A DNA stretch of 64,000 nucleotides from Chiloscyllium plagiosum (taxonomy: Eukaryota), in NCBI RefSeq assembly GCF_004010195.1, contig NC_057734.1, forward strand, positions 25,236,382 to 25,300,381. Direction: 5' to 3'. This document shows positions 39,135 through 51,384 of this stretch, piece by piece. Numbering within the stretch: the first letter of the stretch is position 1; every line of letters begins with the position of its first letter. Under the pieces are notes generated by a model. It searched no databases, was not told the DNA's origin, and saw only the letters and a list, made by a program, of their open reading frames with translations. The translations under genes and the position numbers were made by a program.

Positions 39135-39885
39135 AAGTTAGTGAGACACGATTTCCCACTTACAAAGCCATATTGACTCTCCCTAATCAGTCCTTGCACT
39201 TACAAATACATGCAAGTCCTGTCCCTCAGAATCCCCTCCAACAACTTACCCACCATTGACATCAGGCTCACCGGTCTATAATTCCCTGGCTTTTCCTTAC
39301 CATCTTTCTTAAATAGTGGGACCACTTTAGCCACCTCCAGACTTCCCACACCTCACCCTTGGCTATCGATGATACAAGTATCTCAGCAAGGGTCCCTGCA
39401 ATCAGTTTCCTCGCTTCCTACAAGGTTCTAGAAAAAAACCTGATCAGGTCCCAGGGATTTATCCATCTTTCGGCATTTGAAGATGTCCAGCATCTCGTCC
39501 TCTGTAATATGAACACTTTTCAAGTTATCACTATTTATTTCTCCAAGTTCTCTCGCTTTTATAGCCTTCTCCATGGTAAACACTGACATGAAATACTTGC
39601 TTCGTACCTCACCCATCTCCTTTGGTTCCACACATAGGCAGCCTTGCTGATCTTTGAGGAGCTCTATTCTCTCTCTAGTTACTCTTTTGTCCTTTCTAGA
39701 ATTTCTTTGGATTCTCCTTAACCCTATTTGCCAAAGTTATCTCTTTTCTTCTTTTTACCCTCCTGGTTTGCCTCGAATATCCTTCTACTGCCCTAATACT
39801 CTGAGGGATTCACTTCCAGCTGCCTATATCTACCTCCTCCATTTTCTTGACCAGAGCCTCAGTTTCTCTAGTCATCCTATCATTT
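39135..39885 (-). mobile_element. HER1/CR1 internal ORF2 fragment
   Basis: Homologous to 26660-27200. ORF 39428..39631 gives VFTMEK...VHITEDEML...DKSLGPDQV. Confidence 0.85.
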
Positions 39886-40989
39886 AGTCGAGGTAAATGC
39901 ACATTTCTGTCTTTCCATTGCTCTCAAAGCAAATTAGGTACAGTTTACCTTTGGATAAATTATATTTGGATAAATTATTTGTAAATTCAGGCATGACATT
40001 CATAGAATCATACAGCACAGAAACAGATCCTTTGGTTCATGCTAACCAAGTTTCCCAAACACTCTCTCTTTATTTAGCATGCCAGTGCAGCAATGCTTCA
40101 ATTGTAAAATTTTCCTCCTTGATTTCAAGTCCTTTTGTGGTTTCATCCTGTCTTAGCTCAGTAATCTTTTATAGCCTACAACCCTCAGAGATCTCTGTGC
40201 ATATTTAATCACAACCTCTTCCCACCATGAATTTAATCATTCTACCACTGGTGGCTGTGCCTTCAGCTTCCAGGATCTAATTTCTGAAATTCCTGCTCCC
40301 AAGCCTCCCTCTCCTCTATTAAAATCTACCTGTTTAATCAAACATCTGATCACCTGTCCTAATATATCTTCATTTGTCTCAATGCCAAAAGTTTGTTAAC
40401 ACTCCACTAAAGCATTTTGGAGCATTTCACTGGAACAAATAATTGCACATGTTATCTGTTTCCCCTTTGATTTTTTTTTCCCCACTGTTTTTGTAAAAAA
40501 CAACTCATTGTTGCCAAAATTCCATTTTCTACAACAAGCCTCCAACACCCTGATCATTCATCAAGTGACATTCTGAGCAGGAGGAATATTACAAATTTCA
40601 AGACTGGAATGTGTATTTCCTTGAGATGAGCTTTAAGATATACTCCTGTAAATAGACCTTACGGCCTCAATAATTAAGAATGATGACCAGTTCCTCAGTG
40701 AATTATATTGTGTTATAATAAATTAAAAGTTAATTGTTCCTTTTGTGTGCTGGATACTTTAATCACCTCTATCGTTCAAAAATGTGGGCTTATAAATATG
40801 CATGTAACAAGACCTATTGTAAAACAAAAAAACAGCTTTTTTAAACAAATAAGAAATATATGAATGCATTTAAAATAAATTACCACTGAGATTCAGATTG
40901 CTCTAAAATAATAAATTACACAAACATTGTCCTTTGAAATTTTTACCCTAACTCATGTCATAAGCCAGCTTCACTGAGCTGACTGTCAA

Positions 40990-43900
40990 GGGCAAAGCTA
41001 ATATTGAGCGATATCTGACAATTCAGGAGAATAAGTAGAAAGAAAAAGGAGGTGGGGTAAACTGTTAATAAAAGATTAAATGAGTGCAGCAGTGAGAATG
41101 AACCTTGGCTTGGAAGACTAAACATACAATCAACTCAGGTAGTGATATGAATTAGCAAAGAAAATAAGTCCATGTAGGTGAACAATACAACAGTCATGGA
41201 TGATTTTAATCTTCAAAAAATTGGGCAAATCAAATTGGCAAAAGGTAGCATCAAAGATGAGTTCATACAGTATATTTGGGATATAGTGGAATCAAACAGG
41301 GAACAGGCTAATTAAAATCTGGTCACGTGTAATGAGATAGCATTAATTACCTCATAGTAAAATACAATTTAGTAAACCATGATCATAACATGATAGTGTT
41401 TCACAGACTGTTTGGGGGTGACAAATGTGTGAGAAACCGATGCCTTAAATTTAAATAAAAAACCTCTGTAAATGTGTGAAGCCAAGGTTGGTTAAAATGC
41501 ACTAGGTGAAAAGGTGGATCAACATAAGAACTGGGAGTAGGCCATCTGGCCCTTCAAACCTGCTCTGCCATTCAATAAGATCATGGCTGATCTCTTCGTG
41601 GACTCACATCCACTCACCCATGCTCTCACCTTATCCCTTAATTTCTTTACTGCTCAAAAAAATCTATCTTAGCTTTAAAAATGTTTACTAAATTAGCACC
41701 AACTACTTATCTGGGCAAGGAAATCCACAGATTTACAACCCTCTGGGTGAAGTTCCTTCGCAGTTCAGTACTAAATTGGCTCCCTCTCATCTTGAGGCTA
41801 TGCTCTCTTGTCCTAGTTTCACCTGCCAGTGGAAACATTCTCTCTACATCTATCTTAGCTCTTCTCATCATAATTTTACATGTTTCTATAAGATTCCCCC
41901 CTCATTCTTCTGAATTCCAGTGAATATAATCCCAGTCTACTCAGTCTCTCCTCATAAGCCAACCCCCTCAACTCTAGAATCAACCTACTGAACTTTCTCT
42001 GCATCCCGCCAGTGCCAGTCTATCCTTTCTCAAGGAAGGAGACCAAACCTGCACACAGTACTCCAGGTGTGGCCTCACCAGAACCCTATGCACCTGCAAC
42101 ATAACACCCCTACTTTTCAACTCAACCCCTTTAGCAATGATGGACAAAATTCCATTTGCCTTCCTAATTACCAGATGTACCTGCAGACCGATCTTCTGTG
42201 ATTCATGCGCAAGGACACCCAGGTCCCTCTGCATAGCAGCATGCTGTAACTTTTACTGTTACTCCTATCAATATGGATGACTTCACATTTATTAATATTG
42301 TATTCCATTTGCCAGACGTTTGACAATTCACTTAATGTATGTGTTCCTTTGCAAAGTTTCACAGTCCTCTGCATACTTTGCTCTGTCACTCATCTTAGTG
42401 TCACCTGCAAACTTTGACACACTACACGTGATCCCTGATTCCAAATCATCTATATAAATTGTGAATAATTGTGGTCCCAACACTAATCACGAGAGGCACA
42501 CCACTAGTCAGAATAACACTCATTTATCTCCACTCTTTGCTTTCTGTTAGTCACCCAATCCTCTATCCACGCTAATATTTTATAAAGCCATGCATCCTTA
42601 TCTTATGCAGCAGCCTCTTGTGTGGCAGCCTAAATAGTAAAACTATGACATTTCAAAAATATTTTATGACTCTCAGCAAAAATATATTTCATTGAGAAAG
42701 AAAGATTATATTAGAAGGATGAAAAACATCCATGGCTAACAAAGGAAGTTAAAGATGGAATAAAATTAAAAGAGATAAAATGATTAGCACAAAGATTAGT
42801 GGCCAGAGATTAGAAATCAGTTAAGAATTTAGAAAAAAAGTGTGAAAATAGAAATGGAAGTAAATAGCATGAAAAATAAAGGCAGAAAGTAAGAGCTTCT
42901 CCCAAGACTTAAAAAGAGAGCAGCCATAATAAACAATAGTTCCTTAGAGATTCTGAACAAATATTTGTCTCTATCTTCACAGCACAAAATACCAAAACCA
43001 CACCAGTCACAATCCCAAGAAATGGCTGCAAAGACATTGGATACTTTGGTTGTGTCCTTCCAAAATTTCCAAGATTCTGTAAAGCTCCAGTAAGATTTGA
43101 AGACTGTAAATTACCTTTTTGAAGAAAAGCAGGAAAGTGTAAGCAAGATTTCCTAACATCTGTCTTTGGGGAAAATGCCAGAATCCATTATTAAGGAAGT
43201 AACAGCAGGGTATTTAGAAAATCATAATAATATCAGGTACAGTCAAAATGACTGTATGAAAGGCTGAGAGCATTTACCAATTTACTAGAGTTCTTTGTGG
43301 ATGTGACAAACAGGTCGATAAAGGGGTAGATGTAGTGTACTGGATTTCCAAAAAGCATTCAATAAGGTGCCACATAAAAAGCTAGTAAACAAGACAAGAC
43401 CTCAAAGTATTGGGGGCAATATCCTGGCATGGATGAAGGATTGACTAATTAATAGGAAGCAGAAAGTCAGGATAAATAGATAATTTTCAGGCTGCCAAAT
43501 TACAACAAGCAAAGTGCTGCAAGGATCAATGCTGGAGTCTTAACTATTTAAAATCTAATGACTCACATGCTAAGGGTCAAAGTGTATTGTAGTCACATTT
43601 TCCAAGGTTACAAAGATAGGTGAAAAAGCTGTTGTGAGGAGGAATAGAAAAGGGATTTAGATTGGTTAAATGAACGAGCAAAAGTCTGCCTGCTGGATGA
43701 TAATGCAAGATTATGAACTTTTATAGGAAGAATAGAAAAGCAAAATATTCTATGAACGCAGAGAGTCTAAACAATGTTATGATAGAGATTATACATGAAG
43801 CACAATGTTATCACACTGGTATAGCAAGTGAACAGGAAAGCAAATGAAATGTTGGCTTTTTAGGTCAGTGGAAGGAGTATAACAGAAGGAAAGTTTTGCT

Positions 43901-44175
43901 ACAACTATACAGAGCTTTGATGAGACCACACCTGGGGTACTGCATCCTACTCTAGTCTCCTTATTTAAGGAGCAATAACCTTCAATGAATGGCCTCCAAT
44001 ATAAAGGCAACCTGATTGATTCCTAGGATGAAGGGGGTGTCTTAAAAAGGAGAGGTTGAAGAGGTTGAACGTTTATTTTTATGAGTCTAGAAGAATACTG
44101 ACATGACGGTTCCCCATGTGAGTAACCTCGAACGAGGAATCACAGATTCAGAATAAAGGGTTTTCCCTATTTAAG
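40990..44175 (+). mobile_element. Old CR1 LINE (endonuclease and RT remnants) interrupted by a younger opposite-strand CR1
   Basis: gtcatggatgattttaat (VMDDFN, endonuclease) at about 41193; ggatttccaaaaagcattcaataaggtgcc (DFQKAFNKVP) at about 43342. Confidence 0.7.
41521..42630 (-). mobile_element. CR1 LINE 3' fragment
   Basis: ORFs 41980..42234 (LVRPHLEYCVQVWSP) and 42168..42389 (WQMEYNINKCEVIH). aacataagaactgggagtaggcc tail. Confidence 0.9.
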
Positions 44176-44269
44176 GCTTCTGCTTGGACATTTGTGAACG
44201 CTTAGTGCCTGCCATTTGAAGTCATTGATGCCCATACAGCAAACAAAATGTTTTTAGGCTTGTATATTT

Positions 44270-45020
44270 GGCTATGTCATTTTGCATAAGAGTTACAAAA
44301 TCTCACATCTAGACAGGAAACAAGTAGATTTTAAGGTTCATTTTAAAAGGGAGAGTGGTAGTGAGATAATTTCAGAATTGATGGTGGAGGAAACAGATTA
44401 CTCCACAGTTGCCACCTGTGTTATGAAAGCTGAGATTATAAAAAAAGATGATAATTTAAAAATTGTCGGTGTCATGACACAAGACATGAGACAATGTAGA
44501 TCAATGAGCACAGGAACAATGAGTAAAAGGTTGCATTTCCTCTAATTTTCTTGTTGGCTGTGATGCACGCAGAGCCAAAAAGAAAGAATCTTGCTGAAAG
44601 GGACATAGTGAGAGTTGAGATATAGAAATGTTTTACGAGTTTAGATTTGTGAAAGAAAAGAGGAAAATACTGGCAGAGTCAACAGAGCTAATACCCAGAG
44701 GTAACAAAGGAATGGACATGGGTTTCAGCATTAGATAAGCTGTGGTAGGTTTGAGACCTGGATTGGTACAGGTAGATGGAAGCTCATCACAAACTTGATT
44801 TTCCATTTCAGAACAGTCTGATTCAGCCTCAAACGGTGACCAAGAAAAGGGCTTGAAGTCAGTGGCTTGAGAATGAAAGCTACGGCTTTAATCTTCCAAA
44901 TATTTTGAAGGAGGACATTTAGATGGAGAAGTGAAGAAAACTGACAAACCACAAGATACCAGGAACATACAACTGAGGAGGGAAGGGTTGGAGATGCTGA
45001 GGAAAGGGAGGTCATGTCTT
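44270..45020 (-). mobile_element. Probable old L2-like LINE remnant
   Basis: Purine-rich + strand with the cagagcta...gaggtaacaaaggaatggac...gtttcagca pattern typical of the L2 reverse strand; heavily decayed. Confidence 0.4.
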
Positions 45021-46253
45021 CTCCCTACAGAATAGCACTACATGCTTATGCTCCAATGTACTCTTTGATTAACACTCCAATGTATCTTCAACATCTAATT
45101 TATTATGGACTACACTGAGATGGTGTATAAAATTAAATATCTATCTGAGGTGACACAAAGAGAACTTCTGTATGTGGGGTCAGTCAGAGGCCACCTTTTA
45201 CCAGTATGGCAGGCTTCATCTGACTGCACTACAGTGGTTTCTTAACATTTAAATGAAGGCCATGGAAACTTAAGCTTGCAGCAAACGATGTTCTGTACTG
45301 TCCAAGTTGATGGCGTTTTTTGTACCAGTCTGATGGCTATGCCTTACCCCATACACACTTCACAAACATTTGACTATAAAATCTTCTTTATGCTGGAACC
45401 TGGGTAAATCTGTCATAGAAAAATCTGCAGTCACTCCGCAACAGTTAGAAGAGACATTTGTCGAAACAGTGAAGTGAATTCAGTCCCATTCTATGAATCA
45501 TTTAGACAACAGTGTTTCTTAAAGCTCTCTAGCCTATAATTAGGCAAGGGAAGAATATCAGCCTGCTGTTCCGTTATCAATTGAAAACCAAGCGTGGACT
45601 TTTCCACACCAGTAACTTTTCATACAAGAAAACATAATTATTTGCCCTACTAAGGAAAACTGAATCTACCGTTCACAAACAGCTGTAACAAGTATTTGCA
45701 GAATTCAGAGAAAGCAGCCACAGCTGGGGGAAATTAAGTTGCTTTCAAAAATCACTAACAGCTCATATTCTGAATACTGACAAGAATTCCACTTGGCAGA
45801 ATTATAGCAAATTATAGATGTTCGAGTATATCTCTTCAAGTAGCACAATCATGTTCCCTTCCTCTGTAAATCCAGTGGAGTAATTAAGCAGTTGAGGCTA
45901 TCAACTTCCAAATCTGGAAAATCTATTTATATTTAGACTCATATATAGTAAACTGATGGGTTTTTCCAAATTATCACTGACAGGTTAAATCTTAAATATC
46001 AAATCTAAATAGGATTTGAAAGAATTTTGATTTATTTTGTCAATCCTCTGGGTCTCAAAATATTACTGATATACTGTACTTTTTATAATTAGCTAATTTA
46101 GTGTCATATTACTGGTAAAATGTAAACTGAAGCATATGATAAGTGCCACTTGAAATCAGAAATGATAACATAACTTGCATTTGATTAAAACTGTGTGCTT
46201 CAGACAGATAAACAATTGCGTCAAAGCCTTTGAAAATATTTTACAACACTAAC

Positions 46254-46729
46254 CTTCATATCCTCTAGAAGGGCATAAGGATCTTCTATCCCTTCAGGGA
46301 CACATTTTTTATTCTCTGGCAAAGACTCCAGTTTTTCCACAAGTGCTTTTAATCCTTTCAACTCAAATTCTGTAAGGTGAATCCATTTATTAGATCCTTC
46401 AGATGCTGGCTGAGATGGGTCAGGAGACCCACTTGGTGTTTTTGGACAGTCTGTCAGCATTGGTGACTTAGTGCTGTCATCTGAATCATTGGACAAAGTC
46501 CGCTTTAAACGCTTTGTCATTTTCGGTGTCTTTCCAGAGCTTTCATTTCCTTCTGAATGTGCACTGTTAGGAGATGGCGAATCATCACCAAATGCTTTTG
46601 TGCTTTGAAGGCTCATTTTATCTCTCGACTCATCTTTCTCCTCCTTGATTCGTACATCAGAAGATTCTTCATCCATATCTAGACGGGAATCTGATGAAGG
46701 ACTCTCTGTATTTGGTTTCTTCTCTGTAT
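46254..46729 (-). CDS. KDM2B: KDM2B coding exon (acidic/Ser-rich linker plus conserved [34 protein letters not shown] segment), 476 nt
   Basis: ttttcag|AT ACA GAG AAG...ATG AAG|gttagt. Contains most of ORF 46221..46676. The motifs [14 protein letters not shown] and [19 protein letters not shown] match KDM2B rather than KDM2A. Phase 1 to 0. Confidence 0.96.
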
Positions 46730-48731
46730 CTGAAAATATTTAAACTTAAATGTAATATGTAAAACATTGATCAAGAAAAATGTTTTCTTATATAACGGAT
46801 AGTGTTAATAGGTGATTACATAGAAATCAGGAACAAGCCCAACACCATTGTAACAATATGTAAAAGGCAACCATCTCAGAACGCATAATTGGAATTCACT
46901 GGCAATTGGCCAGCAACAATGATCGTCTATTTTTTCTATATGCTAAGGAGGAGCATAGAGGCCCAATCATAGCGCGGCTAGGGTTATGCCTTGTTGAAGT
47001 ATGCAATGCCATTAGGACAAGCTGTCATGTTCATACTGGAAAAATCCATTGCAATTTAACAGCAAAAAAATCCTGTCACTATTACACACAGTTTAGACAC
47101 TATATATTAGCAAAACTGTACAGAACAGTTTCAAACCTATAATTCGCAAGATTAAAAGAGCCTCCTTGTAGGAGTGATTTTTTTGATACGTTATTAATAG
47201 AATTCCTCACATCAAAACACCCACTTGGCTACAGAGGGAATAATAACATCGGAATGTTTTCAAGGCAGCATTAGCACAAAACTCATCAATAACAAGAACC
47301 ATCTTCATCTCCAACAATATCTAAATGCTTAATATTTTTTCAAAGCACTTTTACACAAGAATGTGAAACGTTAATTGCACAATTGATTTAGCAAATTACT
47401 TATAAGCACCGAACATAGGCAAATTACTGTTTTAGAGGGTTTCACACAGAACCCAGTCTTGCATTTCTTAAATTGTGGTCATGAGACAAATCAAAAGCAG
47501 GGACCTGAACTGAATTTTGCCTTCCCCACCCAAGGATTGAAGTCTGCCTGAGCTTATCAGAGATTTAGTATTGGATGGCTAACCTTAACTTGCCTCCCTC
47601 AAAATCCTGTTACAAGCAAGTAAAGAAAACTTCATTCTTTAAAGCATTGCAATACATAGGTTGCTCTGAAAAAGGAGATTGTACTGCGAAAGAAGATTAA
47701 CTAATTTACTCTATAGTCCAAACATTGAGGTCCTCATTCCAGGAGTCAACTCAGTCAATCAAAATTTGGGGTGCAAACCTGTCACTCTGGATCTCGGCCT
47801 GTATTGTACCGTTGTTGGTATAAAGAGGTAGCACTTCAGCTGCTTGCAAACTCAGTCTAGGAAAGAGGTTTACAAAGATGGTCTTAGAAGGCCATCAGAG
47901 ACATCCAGGAGATCCCAAAGAGAAGGAAAACACCATAATGTAGAATGTGGTGCACTGTCACTGAAATTTGTAATGAAGGCACAGGGAATTGTTTTATGCT
48001 GTTTTTGAAAGTGAGAAAGAGAACTAGAAAGAATACAATAAGGAATAAAATGTAATATAACCTGCTCAGTCACACAAGTATAAACACATAATTGCAAATA
48101 CATTGCAAACTATTTTTGACCGTGATCAACAGGGGGAATTTACTTAGCCCACTCCTGCACACCCACGGCAGCGAGGCAAAATGTTCAACAATTGGGAAAA
48201 CTTTGTTCTTGCCCATCCCTCTTTAAAAACTGGGCAGCTTTAATAGCTGTGCAGGAAGAGGAAACAGCATTGAAAAATAAACCATCTTATCCTCAATGAA
48301 CAAAGAGCCATCATAAAATGGCAAGTGGTCTGATTAGTAATTGGAATAATGTTGCCCAAGTTCAGGTCGGGAGATAAAGAATTATTTTCTGCAAATTACT
48401 TTAATTCTAGTTCCTCTATTAATTTTAACTTTTTTCATCTAAAGCCGAACTCCATACTGAGATGTAATTCAGTGGTAACAGTCATGCTTATCCAGCTCAC
48501 CATGTTTAATGTGTGAGACTTAACAGTATATCAGGGAGGTTATTCAACTCCAAAGGCATCGCTGTCTCATCCAATTCTATCCACACTCACTTCAAAGAAA
48601 CAAATTACCAGTTGGAGTTACTGATGATCAAATGTGAGCATGAACCCTGGCTTGTATCCCCTTCCTTATTCATTTGTTACAGTGTCTCCACTGCTACCAC
48701 AGTTGAAAGCACTTAACTTGGTACTTACAAC

Positions 48732-48767
48732 TGATCTTGCCAGTTTAAGTGATCTTGCCAGTTTAAC
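48732..48767. repeat. 18-bp tandem duplication
   Basis: tgatcttgccagtttaa(g/c) occurs twice. Confidence 0.9.
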
Positions 48768-48959
48768 TACTACATGATAAGGTAGTTGGGTCGTTAGGGA
48801 GCCAGTTAATTACTTCCACACGATCAAGCTATTTTTAGTCTGCTGAAAGTGCATATTTTATGGAATTTGCTAATGGCCTTTTATGTGTTTGCAAATACTT
48901 ACAGAACAAATACCCTGAAACGCTTCATGTGAACAGATGAACTACTGCTGGTAACTTAC

Positions 48960-49086
48960 CAATTAACATTGATTCCCTCTGGTATTGTTTGGTGAGATAA
49001 GACCTTTTCGTCAAACAGAACACATATCTTTCCAGGACATACCAGCACATTTCATAGTAGAAAGGATAGCGGAACTTGGCATTAAC
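48960..49086 (-). CDS. KDM2B: KDM2B coding exon (post-JmjC helical region), 127 nt
   Basis: tttttcag|GTT AAT GCC AAG TTC CGC...TTA ATT G|gtaagt = [42 protein letters not shown](D). Phase 0 to 1. Confidence 0.97.
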
Positions 49087-49241
49087 CTGAAAAACAAGGA
49101 TTATTTATATACAGAATATAGCTGAGGAAATGGAGAATTGTCAAATAAATGTGTGGGCACAGCAGAAAGCCACACCAATGGCCATTGTGTAGGTTGGTCA
49201 TATACAAATGATAAAAGCAAACAAACAATCTAGAGTCATTG

Positions 49242-49332
49242 TCGAAAAGTGTGGCGTTGGAAAAGCACAGCAGGTCAGGCAGCATCCTAGGGACAGGAGA
49301 ATTGACATTTCGCACATAAGCCCTTCATCAGA
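49242..49332 (-). mobile_element. Solo Penelope pLTR arm ending at the hammerhead motif
   Basis: 91-bp arm flanked by the 15-bp TSD aatctagagtcattg (49227-49241, 49333-49347). Confidence 0.85.
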
Positions 49333-51384
49333 AATCTAGAGTCATTGCTCGAGTGCATGTTTATTTCAGAAAGTATTTACAGAAATCTTGCATAAAGTTC
49401 ATTTTGCTTAACAAGGATTTCATATCCATGATTTTCGTTAGGGTCAGGGAATCAATTCTGTGAAATACACTGCTTTACATCAGTCTACACTTCATATGAG
49501 GCAGCGTACATACTTTAGCATTTCATTTTGTACCTTTGCTTGAATTGCCTTAACAACACAAACATCAGTTTATAAAGATTGCAATCATTAGGTTTTTACT
49601 AAGTTTGTCATGAGGATTAATGGATAATAAATTCACAAAAATTCAAGAGACTATTAAGTCACATCGGGCTGCTAGTTAGCAAGGACATGCATCACTGACT
49701 GTAAACAGTCACATTTTTAAATGCAATTTCTTTAGCAGTGAACCCTAGCTCACCCTTTCTATACCAAAATGACATTGTTTCAGGTCAAGCGACATTAAAG
49801 ACAACCGCACCTATTAGTACCTGCATGAGCCTGGACCAGTTTAAGTTCTTAAAATGCAATACCCAAAATACAAACATTCTAAGTTTTATGAAGAAAATGG
49901 GTTTGATGATGTTTGCCCACTTATGCAAATTCCTTTAAAAAGATTTTCCCTTTGCTGAATACATTTCAGTGTGCATCTTGGATCCTAAAGCCCGTAAGAT
50001 TGCACCTTCTTTAACTCAGATAAGTGAGGGTGAAAAGGCAATGCGTAGGAAATTTAAAATGAAAAATAATAGTGCAAAATTTATGAATGAATAATGATCT
50101 ATGACCAAAGTGTCACATTCTGGTCCACTTGAATGCTATTTTGATCCCACTGATGATAACACGAGACACGGTAGATCACAGAGTGAAAACTGGTTTGAAA
50201 AGAACATTAGCCTAATTTCTTTCACCACAAGTCTGTTGAACAAAAAAAAAACAAAGCTCTAAAATGTTGTTTAGGGCATGCTCAATTGATAAAATCATGC
50301 ATAGCTCCAAACTAAGTTTTGAAAATAACAAAATATGATATTACAATAAACAAAATTTTCTCTTTTTATCCCAGCAAAAACCTTTACAGATACTTAGTCC
50401 CACTGCAGTGACCTTCTGATGTTAACTTGTTAGTTTCTGACTAAACTGATTGTTTTCAGTTTTAGTGACCAAGAAACTGCTTTCCAGTTCTGATGACCTG
50501 GATTCCTATCCCAATATGTTGGCATAGAAGCTTCCTTTCTGCATGGAAATCTTTACACAACCTATCTTCACTTCTGATAGGAATTCTTCTACACTAAAAA
50601 CCTGAACAGAAACCTGATTCTTCTGAACTAAAAACCAGTAATAGCCGCTGGCCCACTTTCTCTGTCATAAAAGTTCAACTTTGTAAATATTTCATCAATT
50701 AACTTCATAGACATCTTACTAGGTACTTCACTTGCTTCCATGGAAATGATGTCTTTAGTTAATTGTTCCAAGAGACTTTGACCTCATAATAAAAATTACC
50801 CTCATAGAACTGGAACCACATATCTACTTTGACTATATTTCAAAATGAAAACTGCCAAATAATAACTGTATATACTTTATCAAAACATCCACTGAAATGG
50901 TTTAATTGGCTGAAAGCAAATGTTTACAGTTCCTCTGAAGATATTCACCAAAATTAACGGGAGAGATTGAGGGAACGTAATGTAAATTCTTCCCAACATA
51001 CTTTTGAACAAAATGTTGTTTCGTAGGTGCCTAATTTATAAAGTCTTGTACATTTCTGACATTGTATCTTGTGCATAAGGCAGGGCAAGTTTTAAAATCT
51101 GGATTGATGTCATAACCTGGAATCAAAAGAAGCCCATTGCCATTGGTAGCGTTTGCAAAGACCTCCATTATGAATATTTAATTGATTGTAGTAGCCAGAA
51201 CAAGTCTTTCATTGCCCCAAGCTAGTAAGAAACTCAACTTTTTTTGAACTACAAATAAGTAGTATCTCAATAGAAAAGGCAAATTAAAAGATCCATTATA
51301 AATGGGACTATGACTCAAACTGAAGAATTTTCAAAACATTACAAAACATAATAGTGCAGTTTAGCTGTTCAAGCTCCTGTTTGA

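Noticed and set aside
46221-46676. Standalone 151-aa ORF
   Set aside because: It is an internal KDM2B exon, with true limits 46254-46729 set by splice sites.
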